Part shown: piece by piece, positions 1 to 9,974 of the stretch | Position numbering within the stretch: the stretch's first letter is position 1 | How the letters are laid out: each line of letters opens with the position of its first letter | Source of the DNA: Octopus vulgaris | Taxonomy: Eukaryota | Length of the DNA stretch: 64,000 nt | Assembly: GCA_951406725.2 (NCBI GenBank) | Contig: OX597831.1 | Coordinates: 30,938,001-31,002,000 of the forward strand | Direction: 5' to 3' | Position numbers and translations under genes: made by a program | The notes under the pieces: generated by a model | Database searches by the model: none | What the model was told of the DNA's origin: nothing | What the model saw: the letters and a program-made list of their open reading frames with translations, nothing else

Positions 1-89
1 GCTAATAAAAGTATATTCGTAATTATCTATTACTATAAAACCTTGCTACGATTAAAGCTAATTTAAAACTGTTTAAAAGATAATAAAAC

Positions 90-519
90 GGCAATCTTTC
101 GTCTCTAGTAGACCTTTCCGTCGATTTCCGTAAAAAATTTTTTTTTTTTTACGTATGGGCTTGCGGGAACTTTTGAAGTAATGAGAGCGAAAGAGACTAA
201 GAGAAAGCGATTGTATGACGAGGGAAATTCTTTTGAAGTTACCGTGCATGGGAAGCATTAATGTACATGTGTGTGTGTGTGTGTGTGTGTGTTTGATGGG
301 GCGTGGGAGACAGAAAGTATGTTGTGTAAGTGAAGTGCTTCTGTTAGTATGTGTGAAGAGACAGAGTAATGTGTGAAAGAAAGAGATAACTGAAATTTTT
401 TACTCGGTGTATGTGTATATGTATGTATATTACTTCAAAAGTTCCCGCAAGCCCATATGTAAAAAAAAAATTTTTTTACGGAAATCGACGGAAAGGTCTA
501 CTAGCGACGAAAGATCGCC
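90..519. mobile_element. Non-autonomous DNA transposon (MITE), Merlin-like
   Basis: About 94-bp TIRs (90-183 vs ~428-519) starting GGCAATC/GGCGATC; perfect 8-bp TSD AATAAAAC at 82-89 and 520-527; internal (GT)n. GG termini with an 8-bp TSD fit Merlin (superfamily call is inference). Confidence 0.85.
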
Positions 520-706
520 AATAAAACTACAACGTATTAACACTTACATGTTTTGTTTTCAGGCCACGCGGTTCCATCACTTCTAGAACTTAAAAGACTA
601 TCTAACTTATTGATGACGCGGTGTGTAATTACTACTACCTAAATTGTCTCAAACAATATTGGTGACGTAGTAAGCAAATAACTTGGATCGTGAACATTTC
701 AAATCT

Positions 707-1020
707 TTACAAATATTTGCTAAGTTGAAGGTTACATACTACCGCATATTTATTTAAAAATTCAAGTCTTCCACCTAAAAAGCAACTAAAAGTTTTAACC
801 AATTTACCATATTTATACCCTTGTTTTACTAAATGCCTTAACAGTTTATTTATTCTGTCCCAAAATTTATTATCATTATTAATAATAGTACCATATCTGA
901 CAATTTGCCCTGCAAAAACACCATAAACAATAAAAGAACAAATTCTACTACTATGGCATTGAAGCCACTTGGAAACCAAAACCTGTTATGTTAGTACATA
1001 TTCCATCATTATCCTTAATT
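707..1020 (-). pseudogene. Penelope-like element RT thumb/C-terminal fragment, 5'-truncated at (TA)n
   Basis: SRICSFIVYGVFAGQIVRYGTIINNDNKFWDRINKLLRHLVKQGY resembles the PLE motif SNIP..AYGV..SQL.RYAR....F..R...L...L..QGY; stop at 707 with no C-terminal GIY-YIG. Confidence 0.65.
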
Positions 1021-1025
1021 ACTAA

Positions 1026-1094
<69 letters not shown>

Positions 1095-1095
<1 letters not shown>

Positions 1096-1301
1096 CGGGA
1101 AGCTTTATGAAAATAAACAAAAGACGAAGGCAGGTGGGATACAAACAAACAATTGTATTAGTATGGCGCTCAGGAATATAAATAAAACAAGTCTTTTACG
1201 TTTCGAGCCTACGCTCTTCAACAGAAAGATACACAGAAAAGAAACACGGAAAGAAACAAGGAGAGAAAAAAATGCGTGCAGAAGCTAGCGAATCAACATG
1301 G

Positions 1302-1303
<2 letters not shown>
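1095..1303 (-). mobile_element. Short PLE pLTR-like insert in (TA)n with minimal hammerhead fold (family a)
   Basis: Flanked by (TA)n; minus strand reads TCTTT CTGTTGA A GAGC GTAG GCTC GAAAC GTA AAAGA; homologous copy at 18964-19136. Confidence 0.7.
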
Positions 1304-1363
<60 letters not shown>

Positions 1364-1710
1364 CGTTGAGAGATTTATTATATATATATCGTCATTAGTT
1401 TATATATCCGAAAAAGAAGCACACTCTCAGAGCAGTAACATATTGTTTTGGTCGATCAGAGAGTGATCATTCAGCTAAGCGCTTTATAGCTACTCTCTGA
1501 CTGACCATAGAACTCACCTTTCTCAATATGTATATATATATATTGTCCAATGAGGATTTGCTAGCCGAAATTTCGAAGTCACTGTCAACTCTATTCTTAT
1601 TAAAGAATAAAAAAAAATTGTATGCTACAAAAAAGTATGGAGCAACCCTACAGATTAATGTAAAATTGAGCGTGTAAAAGCAAATATTAATATATATATA
1701 TATATATATA

Positions 1711-1948
1711 TATACTTTATTTAAAGTAGCAGAAAATTCCACAAAACCTGTTACTCTGAGTTTCCCGTTGCCGTTCATCGGACAGTTTTTGCTAGATTCC
1801 AGCAAAAACTGTCCGATGAACGGCAACGGGAAACTCAGAGTAACAGGTTTTGTGGAATTTTCTGCTGCTTTAAATAAAGCATATTACTCTACCACTGGTA
1901 TTTGAGTACTCTTTTTTCCACCTTGTTTCACATTTATGTGTTTACTCC

Positions 1949-1950
<2 letters not shown>
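1711..1950 (+). mobile_element. Inverted-pLTR PLE-type insert (palindrome) with hammerhead fold
   Basis: Arms 1711-1793 and 1801-1883, 7-nt spacer; HHR-like CTGT CCGATGA A CG GCAA CG G GAAAC TCAGA GTA ACAG at 1809-1846; (TA)n on both sides. Confidence 0.75.
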
Positions 1951-2002
<52 letters not shown>

Positions 2003-2011
2003 AACTAACTG

Positions 2012-2285
2012 GCACTTTGTCGGTTACGATGACTTAGGTTGCAATTGATCTGATCAACGGAACAGCTTGCTCGTGAAATTAATGTGCAAGTGGCTGAGCA
2101 CATTAAACAGAGTGCGAAAAGGCTGGCCCTTTGAAATACAAGTACTACAAATTTTTGCCAGCTGAGTGGTCTGGAGCAACATCAAATAAAGTGTCTTGCT
2201 CAGAGACACAACGCGTCGCCGGGAATTGAGCTCACAACCTTACGATCGTGAGCCAAATATTCCAATTATTAAGCCGCCCTCCTCC
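2012..2285 (-). mobile_element. tRNA-derived CORE-like SINE (family C)
   Basis: Pol III A/B-box-like head followed by the GAGCAAGACACTTTATT...GCTCCAG..CACTCAGCTG core; copies at 19783-20075 and 39476-39835. Confidence 0.7.
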
Positions 2286-2287
2286 AC

Positions 2288-2332
<45 letters not shown>

Positions 2333-2902
2333 CTCATTTACTCATTTACTTGTTTCAGTCATTTGACTGCGGCCATGCTGGAGCACCGCCTTTTAGTCGA
2401 GCAAATCGACCCCAGGACTTATTCCTTGTAAGCCCAGTACTTATTCTATCGGTCTCTTTTGCCGAACCGCTAAGTGACGGGGACGTAAACACACCAGTAC
2501 CGGTTGTCAAGCAATGCTAGGGGGACAAACACAGACACACAAACATACACACACACACACACGCACACATATATATATATACATATATACGACGGGCTTT
2601 TTTCAGTTTCCGTCTACCAAATCCACTCACAATGCTTTGGTCGGCCCGAGGCTATAGCAGAAGACACTTGCCCAAGATGCCACGCAGTGGGACTGAACCC
2701 GGAACCATGTGGTTGGTAAGCAAGCTACTTTATTTCAAAACATTTGCCATAAAGGCAGTACACAGATTAAGTTAGCTTTGCGGGCTGGACGAGGACATTA
2801 ATGAGGTGAATGATAATGAAAGAAAGATGATAAGGATGGGAGAAGACAAAAAGCGCCCGCCGACTTTTGCTTCTCTAAAACATTGTTCTTTTTAAAGATA
2901 AA

Positions 2903-3024
2903 CACAAAACGAGGTATTAAACCTCTTACAATTTTTACAATTTTTGGACTTAGCAGTCCATTATTAATACAAAACGAGGTATTAATCCTCTTACAATTTT
3001 TCAATTTTTGGACTTAATTCCATT
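2903..3024. repeat. ~65-bp tandem duplication in the element 3' UTR
   Basis: ACAAAACGAGGTATTAA.CCTCTTACAATTTTT.CAATTTTTGGACTTA occurs twice. Confidence 0.85.
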
Positions 3025-3025
3025 A

Positions 3026-3544
3026 CTAATAATACATATCGTCCTCGAAATAGCTTGTGCCCGCGCCCTCCACCATCAACCACGCCTCCCTCAGAACGTA
3101 TTCAAGTTTCGAGTTGGCGTCGCCCGGGACCAAGTCATAATCTTCATTGAGCTCCTTTAGCCCTAGCGTCACGTCGAACGCCACGGCCTCCACAGCTACC
3201 TGCGGAGGCCATTCGGGGTCCTGTGTGAAGGTTAAAGGTGCTCCCTTGTAGTGCTCTTCCATCACTTTTTCAATTTCTCCTCCTCTATAGAAGAGGACCA
3301 ATACATTCAGTTCTTTCGTTGGCGGCACAGTTTCCGCCAACGGTATTCCTTCTCTTGTCGGTGGCACAGCCCCAACCGACGTAGTTCCGCGACATTCCGG
3401 TGCTACACTGACAGCCGGTAATGTCCCGTTTTTCTTCCTCTTTTTCTTTTTTTCCCTTTTCAACTGAGGGAGGGTGCGTCTCCTCCGTGGCTGGAAGAAT
3501 CGCGTTCCTCTCCTCATCCCTATTATCCTTTGGTGAGCACCCAT
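3026..3544 (-). CDS. Overlapping +1-frame ORF, probable C-terminal extension of ORF1 (function unknown)
   Basis: 172 open codons overlapping ORF1; complex protein-like C-terminal half (LVLFYRGGEIEKVMEEHY...FEDDMYY); frames overlap across an A-rich run at ~3430-3460. Confidence 0.45.
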   Translation of the reverse strand: MGAHQRIIGMRRGTRFFQPRRRRTLPQLKREKKKKRKKNGTLPAVSVAPECRGTTSVGAVPPTREGIPLAETVPPTKELNVLVLFYRGGEIEKVMEEHYKGAPLTFTQDPEWPPQVAVEAVAFDVTLGLKELNEDYDLVPGDANSKLEYVLREAWLMVEGAGTSYFEDDMYY

Positions 3545-4268
3545 TGTTGCTCACCTTCCTCTTTCGGCCTCTGTTTGAGGAGTCCTCTGCTTTCTCGGCC
3601 GTTATCGTTCCCTCTTCTAGAGGGGTTTTACTTAACTGTTCCGGGATCCTATTTTGTTTCCGAGGACAGTTCTTCTTTATGTGGCCGGACTCCAAGCACC
3701 GATGACACTTAGGGGGGCGACCCTCAAGCATCACCGGGTACCTGCACCCGGCCATTTTCAAAAAATCTGGAAGAACCAGATTGGCTGATTGGGTCCACAG
3801 GGTCAAAATTGCTTTTGACCCAACCCAAGCAGCCGCAGGAAGAACTTTTACATTGAGGAGCTTAGTTTCGCTGTCACCCAGACCCCGGCGGATAGTCTCC
3901 TCTATCCACTCGGGTTCTATGTCGGGTGGCAGTCCGCAGATCCAAGCTTTCATCAATTTCTTTTTTTTGTACGTGGGCAGGAATAAGATTTCCTTACCCT
4001 CCAAGGGTTTGCTAGCAAATTTGCAAGCCTCTTCAGGGGTGTCAAATAGCAACCACACCGTTGCATATTTGACACCCCTGGAAATGAATTTAATTGTTGG
4101 CAAATACTCTTCCAACTCCTTTTCAATTGCCGTCTTTTCGAATAGGGCGATGGTGTCAAGTGCCTTGGAGTAGGTTCTCAACACCACCGTCCTATCTTCA
4201 CGGTCTTTTAACCACTTTTTAGGTGGTATGATTTCCCACTCCAAAATTTTGTTATTTTTCATTGCCAT
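3285..4268 (-). CDS. Gag/ORF1-like nucleic-acid-binding protein with CCHC zinc knuckle (327 aa)
   Basis: Intact ATG ORF; EGRPPKCHRCLESGHIKKNCP is CX2CX4HX4C, preceded by an RRM-like ICGLPPDI segment typical of L1/Tx1 ORF1. Confidence 0.8.
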   Translation of the reverse strand: MAMKNNKILEWEIIPPKKWLKDREDRTVVLRTYSKALDTIALFEKTAIEKELEEYLPTIKFISRGVKYATVWLLFDTPEEACKFASKPLEGKEILFLPTYKKKKLMKAWICGLPPDIEPEWIEETIRRGLGDSETKLLNVKVLPAAAWVGSKAILTLWTQSANLVLPDFLKMAGCRYPVMLEGRPPKCHRCLESGHIKKNCPRKQNRIPEQLSKTPLEEGTITAEKAEDSSNRGRKRKVSNNGCSPKDNRDEERNAILPATEETHPPSVEKGKKEKEEEKRDITGCQCSTGMSRNYVGWGCATDKRRNTVGGNCAANERTECIGPLL

Positions 4269-5027
4269 GTTTTTTTAAAAATATATTCAAATTAAACTCA
4301 AAAGCAGGAAGAAAAAAGTTCAAAAGTCCAAATAAAATTTGATAGATTTTTGAAAAAACAAAAAGGAGAAAGCACAACAGAAGGGAAGAAATTAACGGAA
4401 AGTCGCAATAAAGAAAACAAAACAAAAAGGGGGGTTAAATGAAGTTCAAAAGAAAGTTAATAAACAGAAAAAACACAGCAAAAATATTCTGGCCTTGCGG
4501 TACTCCCGGCCTGGGTTGAACCTGGAACGCCTCAACTGCAACACAACCTCCACAAAAATCGGTCCGAAAGGTAATCCAATAGTGGCTTATTTTTATAATT
4601 TTCTTGCGAAGTACTCTGACAAGGGAATAAATTCAACAAACCCAAACACAGCACTGGCTACCGCCAACGGTAATTTTAACAGTAACTGTGTTGAATTCTG
4701 AGGATACGCCCCTCCACTGTTTTTTCTTTTTTTTCAATGAACACAAAAACGGCAGCCGCCGAGAGCAGGCGAAATTGTCTCAGAGTTGGACACAACCTAC
4801 TGAAATAATAATTGGCACGCAATAAATTATGCCCAACTCACAATAAACAAAATCACTTACCTCGACAACTTTCCGTTTTTGGTCTTTTTTCTTTAATTGG
4901 ACAGAGCTGATTGACTCGCGTCCACTCTGGCTGAACAGGAAGCAACTGACTAATTGCGCATGTGCGTTAGCAAAGCTACTTGGTAAGCAAGCTACTTACC
5001 ACACAGCCACTCCTGCGCCTATATATA

Positions 5028-5315
5028 TATATATGAAAAAAACAAGTCAAAAATAGAAAATGCTAAAATAATTTTATAGTGAACATTTCAGTACCGGTTT
5101 CGGTCATTTTGAGACCTTTTCAACTGTAACGATTAAATAATTAAATTTAGAAAAATTTAAATTTTTCTAAATTTAATTATTTAATCGTTACAGTTGAAAA
5201 GGTCTCAAAATGACCGAAACCGGTACTGAAATGTTCACTATAAAATTATTTTAGCATTTTCTATTTTTGACTTGTTTTTTCATATATATCAACTCGTGTG
5301 TTCCTTTTCACCCTT

Positions 5316-5325
<10 letters not shown>
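5028..5325 (+). mobile_element. Spacer-less palindromic PLE-type insert with hammerhead fold
   Basis: Perfect palindrome ~5028-5289 centred at 5158/5159; HHR-like CAG TTGAAAA GGTC TCAAAAT GACC GAAAC CG GTA CTG at 5191-5228. Confidence 0.75.
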
Positions 5326-5358
<33 letters not shown>

Positions 5359-6509
5359 GTATGTGTTTTAGGGAATTAATGATAATGGTAAATATCTCCT
5401 ATGTGACGAATGAAATAACTCAGTAAAGAGAGTATGTAGCAGGCGGTCATAGACAGTCGTGTCTTTACTGGTTTTCTAAGTGTACTGTATACCGAATTGG
5501 GTGTTATATCAATGCAACATTTTAAGGGTTACAGCAGTGGCGGCGAGGATTTAAACAACTCACGAGGAACTAGCAACTCACGAAGAGGTAACAAAATAAC
5601 AAAGGTTTTGTTGTGTGAATTTTACGAAAAAATCGTAAAAATTATGGAAATTTGTCGGCCGTTTTGCTCCAGTTGCAAAAACAACAACAACAGCAGTAGA
5701 TTCAACTGCAAGAAAAACAACAGAAGCAACCACCACAACAGTTAATTTTACAACAACAAATACTGCAATTAATGAAGTCGTCAGGAAATTCAGAAAAAAA
5801 TATAAATAGTATGCCATCGGAAGAAATTGTTAATCTAATGATGAGGAAATTCGTGAAGGGGAAAATCAGAAATACAAGTGTTAAAATGCAGTTGGACGCT
5901 GATAGGGACTATGTTAATTAAATCGAAAAATGTAGCATTCCGACGAGTGTTTTATATCGAACGTTTTTCTTGTTTCATATTTTCCATGCCGTTTGAACAG
6001 GTACTGAACAGGTATTAATCACATCTTCAGAATGATATGATTATGCGTGTTGCCACCTCTTTAGAGTAGACAGGGCCTTCATGACTTGTCGTAGACATTG
6101 CCACCGGAATTTTAATGTTGATCATTAGATACATATCATCAGCCAGAAGTTTGTTTTTGTTTGTGCACAATGTATGCAGTCTGTATGTTAATTCTAGTCG
6201 TGTGCTGTGACATAAGTATGGCTTTCATCCTTAATTGTCTATTTCTGTAGGTAATTTTGAAAAGGCCTATTGTCTACACGAAATGCTCTTTGTTGTAAAT
6301 AAATGGATACAGAATGACAGAAGAATGTCAAGTACCGTGCTGCTATAACCAATATAACACAAAAGGTCATATATTCCACAATTTTCACGTTCGAAATCGA
6401 TATTAAAAACGACGTTGATCATTAGTATCATGTTATCGGGTTCAAATGCTTTTGGCTTGTCGTTGATAACATTTTTAATTTCAATTGTCTTTGCGCGGTT
6501 ATTATTAGG

Positions 6510-6735
6510 AGTAAGGCAGCAAGCTGGCAGAATCGTTACTACACCGGACATAAAATGCTTTGTGGCATTTTATTCCTGCTCTTTACATCCTGAGCTTAAA
6601 TCTCACCGAGGTCAGCATTTACCGTTCATCCTTAAAGGGCCGATAAAATAAAGTACCCATTCAAATACTGGGGTTTACGCAGTCGACTAATTTCTCTCGT
6701 CGAAATCGCTGGCCTTGGCCAAAATTTAAGACAAT
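6510..6735 (+). mobile_element. Diverged SINE family B copy
   Basis: AAGGCAGCAAGCTGGCAGAATCGTTA head plus degenerate TTCATCCTT...GATAAAATAAAGTACC domain. Confidence 0.65.
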
Positions 6736-7427
6736 TGCTATTACTGTTAATGTATCACTTTATGTAATGCATCTTCTGTCTGTTTCACTAGGGTTTTGAT
6801 AATCTGTTGGGCTATTCCATAGTTAGGAACTAGTTAGGAAAGCATTAGCGGATAACACATTTATGTTCTACTATACAGAATTATACACGCGCATACGCAC
6901 ACACATGTATTCATAGATAGGGGATTAATCCCTAAACAGCGAACATCATCAATTGATGTTTTATTACAGAACAGTGGACACCACTAATTCATGATTCGAA
7001 AAAAAATTTACATTGATACGGCCATCATCAAAGAAACGTAAATATTTTCCGACGCTTTCCAATAGCAAGATTGTAAATTTCATTGTACGAGAGACTAACA
7101 ATTACTATAGTCTTACAATTTACTTAAAGTAGAAAAGGTATAGTAATTACCCTTAAGAAAAAGATAATTTTTGCTTTCACTCGTTTGGCGTACACATTCA
7201 TTTAACCCTTTCGCGCCATTTAAGGGCTAAGGAAGAAAGCAATACTCGCAGCACTGTGCTATGGTAGAACATATACACTCATCATACAACAGTCACGAGT
7301 AAAAGCTAACAATTGATTAATAAATTTAATTAATAGCTTGTTTACATGATTACAAGCTTATAATATCTATGTAATGGATAAGAAGAGTTTAATATTAGTG
7401 TTTTCTAGAATATTATTAGCATTACTG

Positions 7428-7636
7428 AAGACGGCGAGCTGGCAGAAACGTTAGCACGCCGGGCGAAATGCTTAGTGGTATTTCATCTGCCGCTACGTTC
7501 TGAGTTCAAATTCCGCCGAGGTCGACATTGCCTTTCATCCTTTCGGGGTCGATTAAATAAGTACCAGTTACACACTGGTGTCGATATGATGTTTGTCCCC
7601 TCTGTGTTTAGCTCCACGTGGGCAACAAAGAAATAA
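7428..7636 (+). mobile_element. tRNA-derived SINE family B (Meta-domain-like), monomer
   Basis: GGCGAGCTGGCAGAAACGTTAGC head, GAGTTCAAATTCC B-box, GCCTTTCATCCTTTCGGGGTCGAT central domain, AAAGAAATAAG tail. Confidence 0.85.
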
Positions 7637-7966
7637 GAATATTATTAGCATTATTTTATGGTTTGGTGCAATGCATTTTCTGTTGTATTTTTGAGGTGTT
7701 TGATACTCTAGTTAATACTGTATGCGATGACCTAAAAGATCCCAGGTGTATTAAACATAACCCAGTTTCAGCAGTGCATATTCAGGAAAAACGTGTTTAA
7801 TGCGTTAAAGCAAATAATATAGTCACAAGTTCTCATATTGGAACCTGGGTGATGCTTTGAGACATTTTTCTGAAAAAAGAGCATCTTGTATGCCATCAAG
7901 TACAATATGTGTTTGGTATATGTAACACTTTTTATATGTGTAGTTTGTTTAATTTTAATAGGTGTT

Positions 7967-8142
7967 AGCGCAGGCCTGGCCGTGTATTAAGAAGCTTACT
8001 CCCCAGCCACATGATCCCAGGTTCAGTCCCACTGCGTGGCATCTTGGGCAAGTGTCTTCTACTATAACCACGAGCCGGCCAAAGTCTCGTGAGTGGATTT
8101 GGTAGACAAAAACTGAAAAGAAACCAATCGTATATATATATA

Positions 8143-8181
<39 letters not shown>

Positions 8182-8448
8182 TGTGATGTGATGTGATGTG
8201 TGTGTGTGTGTGTGTGATGTGATGTGTTTGTGTGTCTTTTGTCCGAGTTTGTTCCCCGCCACCACTTGACAACTGCTGTTGGTGTGTTTACGTCCCCGTA
8301 ACTTAGCGGTTCCTCAAAAGAGACCGATAGAATAAGTACCAGGCTTTTAAAAAATAAGTCCTGCGGTGGTTCATACGACTAAAAATTCTCCAAGGTGGCA
8401 CCCCAGCGTGACCGCAGTGTAATGACTGAAACAAGTAAAAGATAAGAG
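7967..8448 (+). mobile_element. SINE family A
   Basis: Full head, internal (TA)/(TG) microsatellite, ACTGAAACAAGTAAAAGA tail. Confidence 0.85.
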
Positions 8449-8950
8449 GCAAAAAGTTGTGTCTTAATGAATTTATTATAACGCATTTTCAACTTTATTG
8501 TTCTATGTCTTGATCTATTAACCTATTTTATACTAGTCGTTCATTAGTGCTTGTTTTATAATGTAGACGATCTTCACGTAGTGCTTCGCTTCTGGAGGGA
8601 ATTTAAAAGTTTGCTTTTGTTTTTTAATTCTTTTCTTTCTTTTAAAGTAGATCTCTTCGTTCACCACTGACATTTTGCATTTGTGTAGGAATTGACTGTT
8701 TCCGTGTTAGCACAGACATTTTGTTAAATATTTCATTTCAAACGGACGTGATATATCTGTTATTTTCGCTTTTCTTACCTGATTGTTTATGTCTAGAAAT
8801 GGATTATTTGTACTATGAGTTTTATCTAGTTTTATCTAGTTTTATCTAGACTGTTCTAGATACAGAATTTCAGTACAGACCCGTTTTCTAGGTCTTCATT
8901 TAAACAATCGCCATCATTTGCTGTGTTTATTACGAATATACTTTCTATAT

Positions 8951-9116
8951 AAGCGTAGGAGTGGCTGTGTGGTAAGTAGCTTGTTTACCAACCACATGGT
9001 TCCAGGTTCAGTCCCACTGCGTGGCACCTTGGGTAAGTGTCTTCTACTATAGCCTCGGGCCGACCAAAGCCTTGTGAGTGGATTTGGTAGACGGAAACTG
9101 AAAAAAGCCCGTCGTA

Positions 9117-9180
<64 letters not shown>

Positions 9181-9396
9181 TGTGTGTGTGTCTGTGTTTG
9201 TCCCCTAGCATTGCTTGACAACCGATGCTGGTGTGTTTATGTCCCCGTTACTTAGCGGTTCGGCAAAAAGAGACCGATAGAATAAGTACTGGGCTTACAA
9301 AAGAATAAGTCTCGGGGTCGAGTTGCTCGATTAAAGGCGGTACTCCAGCATGGCCGCAGTCAAATGACTGAAGCAAGTAAAAGAGAAAAGAGAGAG
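8951..9396 (+). mobile_element. SINE family A, full length
   Basis: A-box TGGCTGTGTGGT, B-box GGTTCAGTCCC, internal microsatellite, conserved 3' tail. Confidence 0.9.
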
Positions 9397-9504
9397 AAAT
9401 ACATGGTATGTATTGCATGGTCATACATTGTATTTTCTGTTTTCTATTTTAACCATATAGAATGCCGCGAAATGGAGTCCGGATAAAGGATCTATAAACC
9501 TTCT

Positions 9505-9665
9505 ATTCATTACCTTGCGCGCGTAACCGAAAGCAGGATATTGTAGTCACTTGTCTTTGATATTTGTCTGTGTGTTTGCAAAGTTACTGGAAAACGGCTG
9601 AACGGATTTTCACCAAATTTGGCAGAAATACTCATGGGTAATTAACGTTTGGTCTGATTATCTTC
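9505..9665 (+). mobile_element. HINE/DINE-1-like (Helentron-associated) 5' fragment
   Basis: ATTACCTTGCG...GTCTGTGTGTTTG...AAAACGGCTGAACGGATTTTCACCAAATTTGG resembles the DINE-1/HINE core block. Confidence 0.5.
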
Positions 9666-9683
9666 GGACATACATATATATAT

Positions 9684-9915
9684 TTCTTTACTGCCCACAA
9701 AGGGCTAAACATAGAGGGGACAAATAAGGGACTAAGTCGATTACATCGACCCCAGTGTGAAACTGGTACCTTATTTATCGACCCCGAAAGGATGAAAGGC
9801 AAAGTCGACCTCGGCGGAATTTGAACTCACAACGTAGCGACAGACGAAATACCTATTTCTTTATTACCCACAAGGGGCTAAACATAGAGGGGACAAACAT
9901 GGACAGACATAGGTA
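9684..9915 (-). mobile_element. SINE family B tandem (partial plus headless unit)
   Basis: Junction AAAGAAATA|GGTATTTCGTCTG at 9854/9853. Confidence 0.85.
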
Positions 9916-9974
9916 CTTGTAGGTTCTCCAATACTTTAGCTGAAATCAGCTGAAATTGCTGGCAGTTTGTTTAC

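Larger units (their letters stand above)
2731..4979 (-). mobile_element. ORF1-only (RT-less) non-LTR-type retroposon, L1/Tx1 or HAL1-like
   Basis: 18-bp TSD TTGGTAAGCAAGCTACTT (2713-2730, 4980-4997); 3' end at AATAAA; single gag-like CCHC ORF; no RT or endonuclease motifs seen. Confidence 0.8.
2331..5020 (-). mobile_element. tRNA-derived SINE (family A) split by a 2.25-kb insertion
   Basis: SINE body 2331-2730 continues exactly at 4981-5020 (head GGCGCAGGAGTGGCTGTGTGGTAAG on the minus strand); matches intact copies at 8951 and 18499. Confidence 0.9.

Noticed and set aside
26-586. Possible Helitron (TCTATTACTATAAAA start, CTAG at ~583-586)
   Set aside because: CTAG is followed by A rather than T, the hairpin is weak, and the internal inverted repeat is explained by a MITE with an 8-bp TSD.
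3428-3437. -1 programmed frameshift at the A-run GAAAAAC
   Set aside because: The downstream ORF is in the +1 frame relative to ORF1, so a -1 slip would not join them.
5930-6260. Possible Merlin transposase remnant on the minus strand
   Set aside because: Only a vague WQC...RSI...TFF resemblance across frameshifts; insufficient.
8951-9025. tRNA genes at SINE heads
   Set aside because: A/B boxes are present but there is no complete cloverleaf, and each head continues into a SINE body.
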